From Chrysomallon squamiferum (Eukaryota; Animalia; Mollusca): a stretch of DNA of 64,000 nt. The DNA is taken from NCBI GenBank assembly GCA_012295275.1, contig CM022672.1, forward strand, positions 15,376,001 through 15,440,000, read 5' to 3'. This document shows positions 1-12,000 of this stretch, piece after piece. Position 1 is the stretch's first letter; every line of letters starts with the position of its first letter. A model generated the notes under the pieces. It saw only the letters and a list, made by a program, of their open reading frames with translations. It was not told where the DNA came from and searched no databases. Position numbers and translations under genes: made by a program.

Positions 1-561
1 ACAAAAGTACTGCAGCCTGAGGCAGGTGGTAAACAATGCAACCTGTGTGGTACTCATAAAAGTTAATGGCTATTCAAGTGATACTATAACAATCTGTTGT
101 AAAAATAGAAATGAACTGTCACTCTGTACAATGAATTAAATACACCAAATTTACTTCCACTGCACAGTAATTATTGTTTATGTTGTACAATTGCAATGGA
201 AAATGTCTAACTTAGGTTAGGTACAAGGAAAATCAAAATTACAGCCTCTATGACAGTTAAACAGTGAACAGAAATACCCCAAATATATATATCAGTTTTG
301 GCTAGCTTTTTATTCTTGTTTTTCTGTCACTCCTCAAATAATGAAGAGTTTCAAAAAGGATGTTAAAATTTTGTCTTTTTATACATTTAATAGGAAAAAA
401 AAAGTAGTTGCAAAGAATTCGTTAAAAATAATGAAAAGAATTTTAAAAAAACTATCTCAGAAAACAGATTCAATTAAGATATTTAAAATTAACAAATAAA
501 ATTCATGTTTAATTAATTAAATTAATTTCAAAAATAAATTAAATACATAATTATATAAATA

Positions 562-563
<2 letters not shown>

Positions 564-629
<66 letters not shown>
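564..629. repeat. (TG)n microsatellite
   Basis: Pure dinucleotide run. Confidence 0.95.
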
Positions 630-631
<2 letters not shown>

Positions 632-1008
632 TTTATTGCTTCATGTCATAAAATAAATCAAACATTTAAAAAAAATTATTAATAATTACTTATGAAGTAT
701 ATGTGAGGTAAATGCAACAACAAAAATAATAATAATAATAATAATAATAGTAATTTAACTTTTAATCCATTCAAATGATTCAGTATCTTTACTGCTGTAA
801 AGAAGATGATTTTGAATTGCCTTGTTTACAGTGTCACAAAACGCAGCATTATAAAAGGATATCAAACGGATCGTATCACATTTTCCTCAGCCAAGGCACT
901 ACTTCTAGAGAACTTCAAACAGAAATCTCTCAGAAGTGAAAAAGGTGTATGTGGCTGTGTTGTGTGTGCTGTGAGCATATGTCTAACAAATGTACAGCTT
1001 CTCAGTCT

Positions 1009-3752
1009 TCAGCTTTTAAGGAACTAAAATACTAAATACAAATATGACAACAACATTCTCTTTTGTAATAAAAGGAAGATGCTTTACAGCCTATAACATT
1101 TAAAACTGATCTCCCAAAAATATAAATTGTAAAAAGAAATAAATAATAAAAAAACAAAAACAAAAATACATTAATAATAATGAAATAAACACTTACACTG
1201 TATCTGCATCTTGGCAATATCTTGGGCTTGTTTTCCTTGTTCTCCCCAGCATCGTGAGGATTTATGACAGATTTACGAATGTCAGTAGATTTGACGACAG
1301 TCATCTGACTGCCAGCACACAGAGAGTAGTCTTGTGATGTCTTCAGCTTGTGTCGTGTTATGGACACTGACATTCTTTTTTTCAATGTCCTCTTCAGAGT
1401 GCCGTGACCAAATGATGACATCTTCAACAGATCAGTCTTGTGAGCACCTCGCTCACTTTCCTTCTTGTTCTTAAGTAAAATACACACAAATTTAAAAAAA
1501 AGAATTGAAAGAACAGAAAAGAAAAAATATATATATATATATATATATAAAAGTAAAATTTAGATTTAAAAGACTAATGATCTTTAAGGATGTATTTTTT
1601 AATGCTTTCCTTTCTTGTTTTTCATCTTTTATTTGTTTTAATTTTTCATATGTATGTATATATCAAAGCAAAGTGGTTTGCCACAACTATGTTAATCCAT
1701 TTCACTAAAGAGAAAAAAAAGAAAAGCTGCATTTAAAAATTATCTTCAGATAAAATATGCTGTTAATATATTACTGTTAATTATTAATATTGGAGCAAAA
1801 AGTGTCAAAGATAGATCATATTAGCATTATTACTTGAAATTATGTGAATTAATTAAATATATTTTTAAAGAATGTGAAAAGAGTTCTGCCCAGATATATT
1901 TATTTAATATTAATTAATGTTAATGAAAAACACTGACTTATGTCAGCAATCAGTTTGAAATACACAACAGTATAAAATCTACTGTACATTTTAACAAATC
2001 ACTGCATGCAGCATGCAAAACAGAGAGTAGTTACCAGATGTGAGGGAACGTTCTTTTTTGTAAAAATAAATATTATATAAAACAGATTCTGATTAATAAT
2101 AATAAGAATTTCAAAACAGATTATAGCATGCAAGAGAGAGTACTTAACATATACTAGAATTTTGTTTTAATTATATAAATTAGATAAAACAGATTCTAAG
2201 ATAAAAAGAACAGTTCAAAAAATGTATTAAATTCAAAATGAAAATGCAAAAGTTAAAACCTCTATCATGAAAGCATATAATATATGCATACATATTTATA
2301 TGCAACTACACTTTTTAGTAGTATTATCAAAGTATCCACCAAATTCATAAATAGTATTGATAATGAAGTCTTTAGTGGAAAAGCTGTAAATGATAATCAT
2401 GAAAAAACATCCAAGGTAATAAAAATCAAATAACAACATAAAACTAAGAACATTCATTACAAATACAAATATTATTCATAAATGAACAATGAACAGATAG
2501 GGCTGTCTAAGGTATGGATCACTCATTGAATAGTATATAATATATATATCTTTTTTCTTCCTTCTTTTTTTAATTACTAAATGAATAGTTCCACACCTAG
2601 AGAGCCTGTTATGAAATATTTGTTGTTATTTTTTTACCGATACATGGCAGTGTTCATCACTGGTATCACAGCTTTGAGTTTTTGTCTGAGAATGCAAGAA
2701 GTCATTTTTTAAACACATCACTTTTTATTTGTATTCAGAGTAAATTTATCACTTTATGACAAGCCAAATATAATCTTCTTATATTCAGATATGAATTTTT
2801 TTTTAAATCTGTTTTGTGTCTAAATTTAAATCAATTAAACCTGACAAAAATTAGTAGGAAAATGGTATTTGAATTTAAATACAGGTTTGATAGAGTGAGA
2901 TAAATTTAACCTGAATGTATGTATTTATGTGTGTGTGCGTGCATGTGTGTGTGTGTATGTGTGTATGTATGTGTGTGCGCATATAGATATGTATGTATGA
3001 ATGCATTTATGTATCATATATGCATAGATACTTAACATATTGTGATGCTTAATTCTTTGAAGATGTTTTAAACCTGTCAAAATGAGTAAGCTTCTTTTTT
3101 CTTTATGTGTATTTATAGTGGATCCTGGGTACATGATACAAACATTAAATGATTAATTTGACCAGATTCATGGTGCAAATGTTTAATGTTATGGCATAAC
3201 ATACTTCATAGTATGATAGTTCTATGTTTATAAGTGCTGGTCTCTCAATTCTTCTGACAAAGGTAATTATAATTAATATTTTTGTAGGCAGAATACCCTA
3301 GATTCTTGATTACGTGCTCAGTAAAGACATTTTTGAATCGTCTTGGCCCAGACAATAAAGCAGTTGATTTTTTAATAATTTAAATCTCATAAAATCTAAA
3401 ATAGCCTTCAAAATCGAAATGTTATTATAATATAGCTCAATCATTAATGTTAATATTAAATAATAATTAAACAGAAGTTTTTAAGTCTCATTAGATGTTA
3501 ATTGCAGATGGTGCATGATGAGATATATGTGACACATTTAGCAAGAAGTGTAGTTTATAATATTCCAACGGCGAGTCACTCAACCGCGACGACTCAGCAG
3601 TTTATGTAAAAATAAATTGGCTTTTAAACTTATGTTGGAAAAAGAATTCTTACTTGCAAACGTTTCATTGTTGTTGGTCCTAACGATTTTCGGCGCATAC
3701 TGGACAGAAGACCACAGCCTCGAACCTTAAAGCTTAATTCTAGATCATCCAT
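1009..3752 (-). CDS. Small uncharacterised basic protein with KEN box (~128 aa; putative cell-cycle-regulated gene), 3 coding exons
   Basis: Exon 3752-3654 (ATG with A at -3; MDDLELSFKVRGCGLLSSMRRKSLGPTTMKRLQ|gtaaga) joins in phase 0 to exon 1469-1197 (aag|NKKESERG...GENKENKPKILPRCRYS|gtaagt). Probable last exon 1023-1009 (ttttag|FLKS*); an alternative acceptor at 1031 gives YFSSLKAED*. Minus-strand AATAAA at 637-632. The 3' end is less certain and could lie outside the window. Confidence 0.65.
1197..1469 (-). CDS. Orphan KEN-box gene, coding exon 2
   Basis: 91 open codons between an AAG acceptor and a GTAAGT donor; higher GC than its flanks. Confidence 0.75.
3654..3752 (-). CDS. Orphan KEN-box gene, coding exon 1
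   Basis: ATG at 3752, 33 open codons, GTAAGA donor; lies in the CpG-rich promoter region. Confidence 0.7.
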
Positions 3753-3800
3753 AGTATTTTTTTTTTTTTTTTGTAAATAAGAAATAGAATAAAAAATAAT

Positions 3801-3830
3801 TTCAAACAACCCGCGACATTAGTGGCGCCA
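3801..3830 (-). promoter_or_regulatory. CDE/CHR tandem element plus E2F-like palindrome
   Basis: Minus strand 3815-3801 reads CGCGG-gttg-TTTGAA (CDE, 4-nt spacer, CHR); TGGCGCCA at 3823-3830. Confidence 0.65.
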
Positions 3831-4169
3831 CCTTTCGAGAAACATCAGGATGAGATTACTCGTGTTTAAACGTTTTCGGCTATTTTCGATAGTTTTCGTA
3901 ACAACAGCTGTCAAAAAGAGTAACAACAACCATAACGAAGTTGATTGTTAATCTTTTTTAGTCCTCGCACCAAAACGAACATTCAATTTTCTGAGAAATC
4001 TGTGAATTTTCACACATCACTATTATTTACAGGTAAGTTTCTGTTGCTTAATAGTACTGAATCTAAGTGATACTGAACTTATTTATACAGTAGAGTAGAG
4101 TAGTGAATGTACATATAATGATATATCATTACAATAGTCTGTCTCTCTCCCACGCACACACGTACAAAC

Positions 4170-4207
<38 letters not shown>

Positions 4208-4997
4208 GAAACGTACACACCTGCACACACACTGATACTATTATAATCAATATTATACATTAAACTTTAATATGCCACAGGAATTCAAGTCATAATGCAC
4301 TAAAGTATAGGCTTGTATCTGATATCATGTATTATACTAAACAAAATGTTCAGAATCTTTAAATTATACCATCACATGTTTTCCTTTGGAAAAACTGTTC
4401 ATAAATGGAAATAACATATTTTATTGGTTCCATATGGCTAAATGTACAATATATAGCAGTAAAAATTATTCTGTGTATGCAGGTTTGTTCAGTTTATACA
4501 TACTAACATGATTATATTATTATAGATAAACAGTTTTAATTCAGTCTAAAATTAGCTAGGAAAATTCAATTTTAATAAATGATAAAATAAAAAGATATGT
4601 AAATTATAAAACAGTAATGTATATGTAGCCCATATACCTGAGAGTACAATACATAATTTAATCAACATTATCTTATTAAGTATAACCAACTTGTGTCCTT
4701 TCATCTGTGGTCCAGGCTGTGACAAAAAATATTTTCATTTCTTTATTAAAAAAACAATTCTTCATGTTTTTTAGTTTTTTTTTTGTGTTTTTTTTCAAGG
4801 GATTACATATGATTTCAGATTTGTTAGAATGATTATAAATTTTTAATATACCCTTATTTTTATATAAATAAATTATGGAAATATAACATTCCTTTATTTT
4901 TGAATTAAACTAGGTTTTTTTTGTTTGTTTGTTTGTTTGTTTGTTTTGGAATTATAAATAAATTATAATATAATATTTCCTATTTTTAAATAAAATA

Positions 4998-5746
4998 CAG
5001 TGATACCTTGACTTACATGTTTAATTCATTCCATGACCAAGCTCATAACTCAAATTTGCTCATATATCAAAACAGTTTTCCCAAATGCAATTAACTGAAA
5101 TACCATTAATCCATTCCAGTCCCCGAAAACCACCCCAGTTTTTTGTAACATGTTTTTAAATAAGAAAATTGTATGTATAAATGACAAATATTGTATAAAA
5201 AAATAAAAAAAATAAAAGAGAATGTAAATAAATAAATTGGTTTTGTAAAGTGAACAGGGTTAGGGTTTCTCCATCTTTTCATAGACAGAGGTCCACAGCC
5301 TAGAAATTATTTTAATGGCTTTGACTGGAGTTATAGCATTTATTGACTCCTACTGCTTAAGTATGGTACGTATCTTAAAAGTACTATGCTCATACTGCCT
5401 AGCTATGTTGACTATATGCACACCTCACTCGTGTTTTTCTATGATTTAATGCTTTAATTCAATGGACATCATCCACTTCTTCTTCTCAGCACTGTCCTTT
5501 GCACTCACTTTCTTAGGATCCATGGTAATTTGGCAAAATACTGCACAAAACGCGAGCATAACACAACAAAGATGTTTCCATGGTGAGGTAACCACATGAA
5601 GCAAATGAGTGAGACGTGGGAAACTGGGCAGATGTTATGTTGCACCAGCTAACTCATAATTGGATTTTGACTCACAACTCACAGCAAAAAATAGACTGGG
5701 TGGCTGCTTGTAACTCGGAAAACTCGTAAGTTGGAGCACAAAGGTA
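4998..5746 (-). mobile_element. Internally deleted, decayed Tigger/pogo-type (TcMar) DNA transposon in FBXO41 intron 1
   Basis: TA + TIR CAGTGATACCTTGACTTAC at 4998; pseudo-transposase N-terminus from 5523 (-): MDPKKVSAKDSAEKKKWMMSIELKH*IIEKHE*GVHIVNIARQYEHS... (CENP-B-type HTH); homologous to the copy at 63548. Confidence 0.85.
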
Positions 5747-6702
5747 TAGATATATATTTTGTGCAAAGTCATCTTAAGGTTACATTGTCCAACACATTAA
5801 ATTCATGAAAAAGCAAAGATAAAAAAGTCATTACTCTTCAAATTATCCCTATGTAAAAAAGATAATGATAATTTTGGAATCCTTGTGAAATAACTGTTCT
5901 AGAAATCTAAAATTCAGCAAGACTGAGCAATAGGTTGCTGAATTTCAGATTGCCATTTGAATATTGGTCATGTTGGTCAAAACTGATACCACTATTTCTC
6001 AGAAACTGCTTACCCAGTCATTCTAAAAATGTAAACAGCAGTGTTTGCATCCCCTATTACCTTAAATAACAACTTTCAGCAAAATCAAATGGTTGAGGTT
6101 TCATCCATTGCTAACATGACATGGAATGACCCTCTGAGCAGGATAGAAATTGTTGTTATCACAGGAATATTCAGCTTGTTCCAGTTCTCTTTTTTCTCTC
6201 ACACTCTACGATATAAGCATTATTTTATTTGAACATTTTATGCAAGTTTTACAGTATAATAAAATTCCAACGTTATATAACAATTAAATTCCAGTCAATA
6301 TATTGCTATATACTTTACACTATTTAATCAACAGTTATTTTTATTGATTTAAGACAAATCTAAAACAACCAAGACTACATAATGTACATTGTCAAGTGTT
6401 AATTAACAAGTGGCCTCAGTCTACTGCAGGTGAAGATAATACAAAAAAAAAAAAGAAGTAGCCTGTAAATAATAGATTTATTTTTGTGTGCTATCTGTGA
6501 GTCAGCTGAAACTGTTATTTATTAACATTGCCTGTGATGTGACTGTAATTGATCGTACAACAGATGTTGCAGTGTAAAGAAATTTTACATTACAGGATAC
6601 TGTAATCTGCAAAGCTGTCATTATTTCACTGAGAGTTTCTTCTGTGGATTTTTCTTATCTATAAAATGTATGTACTTCCGTCATTATTTCATTGACAGTT
6701 TC

Positions 6703-6739
<37 letters not shown>

Positions 6740-7534
6740 TATGTTCTTTTTTTTTATGTAAGTGAATAGTGTGGTGACTAAAATTACAGATTGTTATAAC
6801 TAATTATGTTAAAACATTTCTACAATTTTTCTTAAATGTAGATTACTATATATGTCATTTGATATTTCTTTGAACTTTATAATGGTTATTCTGGATTATC
6901 AAAACTATTTAAGTTAAATATAAATAATATAATATGTGAATTTTTCGTGTATAATAGAATGCACTTTATTTGTCAACTGTAGTATCATTGATAATTTGAT
7001 AAAGCTAATTATACTGAACTGGTCTATTGCATACACATTTTTTATTTGTGTTTCTTTTTTTTATTTTATTTTTTTTCATTTTAATTTTTTTTCATTTTAA
7101 TTTCTCTGCATCATTCTGATACTGTTTACATTTTTTGTTACTCTAGCAAAAATATATAATATACTGACATTTACACTTTTTACTGTTTATAATATTAAGA
7201 TTCCAGCAAACATATAAAATATTGTACACTTAATAATCATTTCAATTTATATAATTATTTTAACATGTCCATTTTAGCCTACTTACCAGAAGGGATTAAT
7301 TTTTTATAATCAATTTTTTATAATCATTTTAATTCATATCATTATTTTAATAAGTGCATTTTTAGCGTGATTTAATTTTTTTTTTTTTTTTTTTTTACGT
7401 ATTTATTAAAAATCCTATTTTCTAACTACTTAGAAATAGTATTTCCTGCATTTCCAATAACATTTAAGCTTTTCTATCAATCAGAATTTTGGATCTGACC
7501 GTGAAAGAAATCTGAAGTGATAACGTATTTGAAA

Positions 7535-9027
7535 ATGGAAATGATTGACACAATTCCCTATCGATGTCCATGGTGTGGCAGTGAACGTACATTTCTCTCA
7601 CTGACTGAGCTGAAATCTCATCTCAACAAAGAACACTCCTACATAGCAGGTTCTCAGTCCCGAACTACAGTTTTCAAAAACCGGACGAACAAGCCCACTG
7701 GTCAGTCATCAGCAATACTTCACACTTTCATGGAAGATGGCCGGAGATTAGAAAAACAGTTGAGAAAAGCCAAAGAGGCTGAAATGAACAACAAGACACA
7801 GAGATATAAGTCACACATTACTGAACAGTCGTCTTTTGTTCCACACCCTGGAATCTATGTCCCTGTCACTCCTTTCCATGACAACCACATCAAAAACACG
7901 TTGGACAGGTTAAGTCAGAACTTGACGTTGTCGCGGAGTGGTCTGTGGAGAACTGAAGACATGTTGTACAAGACCGACAATGTCCTCACTGGTGTAGAAA
8001 TGTCTGCTGATCTTCATCGTGTGGAGCAGAGTCAAAAGACAGATGAACTGAGAGCAAAACTTGAAGCTAGAGAAGCAGAGTTAAATAAGTTACACCAGGA
8101 CTTTGACAGAATTAAACTAGAAAGAACAGATGCGAATGCAGTCTCAGAAGCAAAAAAATCTGAGGAGACAAAAGTCCTGTTCAGTGAAGAATGCGTTGGG
8201 AAAGAAACACAGATAAACAGAAAATACATGCAGTCAAGGAATTTTCAAAACAGGAATCTTCTGAAAGAAGGTAATGATGCTGAATACAATGAAGAAACTT
8301 GTAAGTTTAATTCACGTGAATTATCAGACGAGACAGATTTTCAGAATCAGTTTTTGGCAAAGCAAGAAGATTATGACAGTAAGATGAACTGTAAAGTGGT
8401 GCAGACACAAAGCATTGCCATGAAAAAGCTTCAGAATAAAGATCGTCAGCTTGCCAGGGCAAAGGCAAGGCTGGACAAACTGGAACAAGACAGAGAGGTC
8501 CTGCTCAATCTGATGAGAGATCTGCTATCAAAAGAACATGCAGACAACAAACAGTTACAGAATGAATTAAGAACAAAGGACAAACAACTGAGAAAATTAA
8601 ATTACGATATAAACAGTGTAAAATCAAATCACAAAGAACTGTTGGCAGAAACATTTGAACTGTACAAGCAAGCTGAAAAAGGTCTTCAGAAAATTAAGCA
8701 GCAGCTTACTGAAAAAGACTCACAGCTGAAAGTGGCCAATGAGAAGTTGGTACATTTTGAATCATCCAATCAGCTTCTTCAGTTCGAATGTAAGACCAAA
8801 GAGCAGCAGGCAGAGGAAGTAGAAGCCATGATGAAGACAACTCTAAAGAACATTCAGGAACAGCTGAAGAGCGTCCACACAAAGCTGCAGTCTGAGACAT
8901 CAAGCAAATTAAAATTATCAGCAGAAAAGGCTACCATAGAAGAACAACTGAGACAGAAAGACACTACAGAAGATGAACTGAAAAACACGATAATAGCAAA
9001 AGAAGAAGAACTGATACAAGCCAAAAC
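7535..9027 (+). CDS. FBXO41: FBXO41-like exon: C2H2 finger and coiled coil
   Basis: Acceptor at 7484, in-frame upstream TGA at 7502, ATG at 7535; long ORF; donor AC|gtatat. Confidence 0.9.
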
Positions 9028-12000
9028 GTATATTATTTATTTTCTTAAATAATTTTTCATCAGTGATATTTGATTATGAAGCAGTTCTTAGTTTTAAACA
9101 CACACACACACACACACCACACACACCTATCTTACAAAACTTTGATCTTCACTTGACAAATTATGTGTTATTGTTATTTAAATGTAATAAAACATTACCT
9201 ATTCTCAGTTTACAAATATGTAGATTTTTGGATACAATCAATCACTTGTTTTCATATGTGCTGCCATGTGGCATAAAAACAAACACACACACACACACAC
9301 ATCATATCTATAACATTTAGTTCATATAAATTTAAGATTTTGTTTTATTATTGCACCTATTATATTGATAATTAACATTAGCAATTTACCTGAAAATTTA
9401 GCACATGGTTTCTGAAAAATAATTGTTGAAAAAATTTGTACCTTGAATTAATTATAAGGATAATATGAACAAAACTTCATCAACCAAATAACATATATAT
9501 GTTTTTTATAACAGAAATCTTCAGTCTCTGCAAACTTTTCTTGATGCTGCCAGTCAAAAGGAGGCAGTTGCCAGAGAAGAGTTAAAAACTTTCATCAGTG
9601 AACTGATTGACAGAGTGGAGAAGGCAGAAAATGAAACCAAGGTTCTTAAAAGAACACTGGCCATTAGACAGAACAGTGTAACCAGACAACAGGATGATGT
9701 AACCATTAGACCAAACAGTGTAACCAGAGGACTGGATAATATAATCATTATGCCAGACAGTGTTACCTCAAGTCAGAACTATGTAATCATTAGGCCAGAC
9801 AGTGAAACCACAAAACAGGAATGTATAATTAGACCTGACAATGTGACTGTAGGACAGCACAGTGAATCACCTATGCAGGGCTATAATACCACCAGGTTGG
9901 ATAATGTAATTGCCAGACCAGATGTTTTAGTCAGAGGCCAAGTAGGTGCAACCAGAGGAGAGGAATATGTAAGCATCAGCCCACACAGTATAACCACAGG
10001 ACAGATCACTGTAACCACCAGACCAGACAGTGAAGCCAGACACTTTAACAATGAAACAGTCAGACCAGACAATGTAACCATAAGACAAGACTATGTAGCC
10101 ATCAGTCAGGATGATATAACCACTAGACCAAGAGGGCAAGATGGTGTTGCTATCTATGAAGACTGCCGACAGGTATTAATATCAAAAAGGTTTTTAGTAA
10201 CTAACTATACATTCAAACTGAACAAGGAGATTAGAAATTCAAGTACACTACCAAAACATAAGTTCTTCTACTGAATATATATAAATTTTTGACAACATTT
10301 GTATCATAAATACATGTTTACTTGTTGTTTGTAATGAATTATATAAAGAAAAATAGATACTATTATTTTATGATATTAAAATATATTTGTTAATTGTACT
10401 TTCTTTGAAAATTGCTTGGCATTGTTGTAGCAGTGTTTCGTGGTTATTGTTAAAATTTTCTAATATTGTTGCAGGATGTTAGAATTGGTAATATTCCTGC
10501 GACAGTTCATCAGAATCTGATGGAATCAGGTCTTTCTTACACCAGTCCCAGGTATTTTTCTGACTTAGTAATCTTTAAAAGACTGTATTATATTTATAGA
10601 ATAACATAAATCACTGAAGTAAGGTGCCACTATGTTTAAGTGACTTCTTAAATGTAGACATAAAAGTGATAAGAGTTAGATTTATCAATTAATATATTCA
10701 TATCTCTAACACATTATAGTTTATATATTTTTCTCAGTCATGCATTTCTTTTTGTTAAAATGTGTTACTATAATCACATAATTGTATATGTACATGATTT
10801 TGCAATTAATACAATAACTGTATTGTACTGATATTTCAGACTGAGTCCTTTAAATCCTGCCAGACTGAACCAACCTCCATCCAATAATATTATAACCAAT
10901 TCTGACAAAGTCATCACAGAATCTCAGTCAGCAGAACATTATTTAAATAACCACTGTTCAGGTTTACAGTTACATGGTGTTTCAAATGAAGTGAGAGATA
11001 AAAATATTTACCCTGAAAAATTGGAGCCACAAAGAGAGATTACTCAGAGACGTAGCTATGATTCTGTACAAACAGAAATGAATGGAGCACACTCTGCACC
11101 ATCTTTTATAAAACAAGATGTCAGTGGTTTCGACACTGGGTCTGCTGTATGTCATAATTGTAAAGCACCTATCACCCAGCCAAAACATAGCAGCAATCCG
11201 AATGCCAGTGTTCCAGCAGTTTGTGAAGAAAGATGTGCTGTTCATTCAGTGGCTAGAGGAAACTGTCAGCATGTACCTAGTGAGTCAAGAACAACCAATT
11301 TTCAAAGCTCTCAAACAACATCCTGCAGTTCTTGTGGTAGACCTGTTCCTGAGATGATTGCTCATGAACCCGTGACAGAAACTCAGTTTAGGTCGACTGT
11401 TAAACAACCTGTTTATCAGAATCATGAGGAAGTACCTGAAATCACAATTAATCATAATAATGTATGTGATGATTCCCAAAGACAGTGTTTAGAATGTGTT
11501 GTGCAAAGCAATGGCAGGTTATCTCCCTCTTATCAAATAATTTCTGAAGGACACAAACATCATGTTATCAGAAACGAACACAACTTTAAGAATCACCTAC
11601 ACCAGCCAGGAAATTCTCGGTGCATAAATCATGACCATCACAGACTTCCAGACAAAATAAAAATGAGTCTTGAGAAAAAATCATATGATAATAATTCTGT
11701 CATTGACCTTAGTGGTCATCCACATGTCAATTATTTACCATCATCACAAAACTCAAAACAGACACATTGGCAGTCTGGAAATGTTTATAGAGACAAGGAC
11801 TCACCCCAGTCAAGAATTCAAATCATGTCTCGTCACAGACCTTTCACTCCATACACTGATGATCACAGATATTATGAACATTTGTCTGATAAATCCCCAG
11901 ATCTAGAGGAAGAGTTCAGTATTACTCCAGAACTAATTCAGCCCAGGTACAGCAAAGAAACTTTGTCAAGACTGATTTCTAGTAGATCCCTTCCATACAC

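Larger units (their letters stand above)
3560..4032. promoter_or_regulatory. CpG-rich bidirectional promoter shared by the orphan gene (-) and the FBXO41-like gene (+); includes the probable non-coding exon 1 of FBXO41 ending at 4032
   Basis: Local CpG cluster in otherwise CpG-poor DNA; minus-strand ATG at 3752 and a perfect plus-strand donor CAG|GTAAGT at 4032/4033. Confidence 0.7.

Noticed and set aside
5774-6065. Kolobok-like MITE (TTAAGGT...ACCTTAA)
   Set aside because: Inverted match is only ~7 bp, too short to support a call
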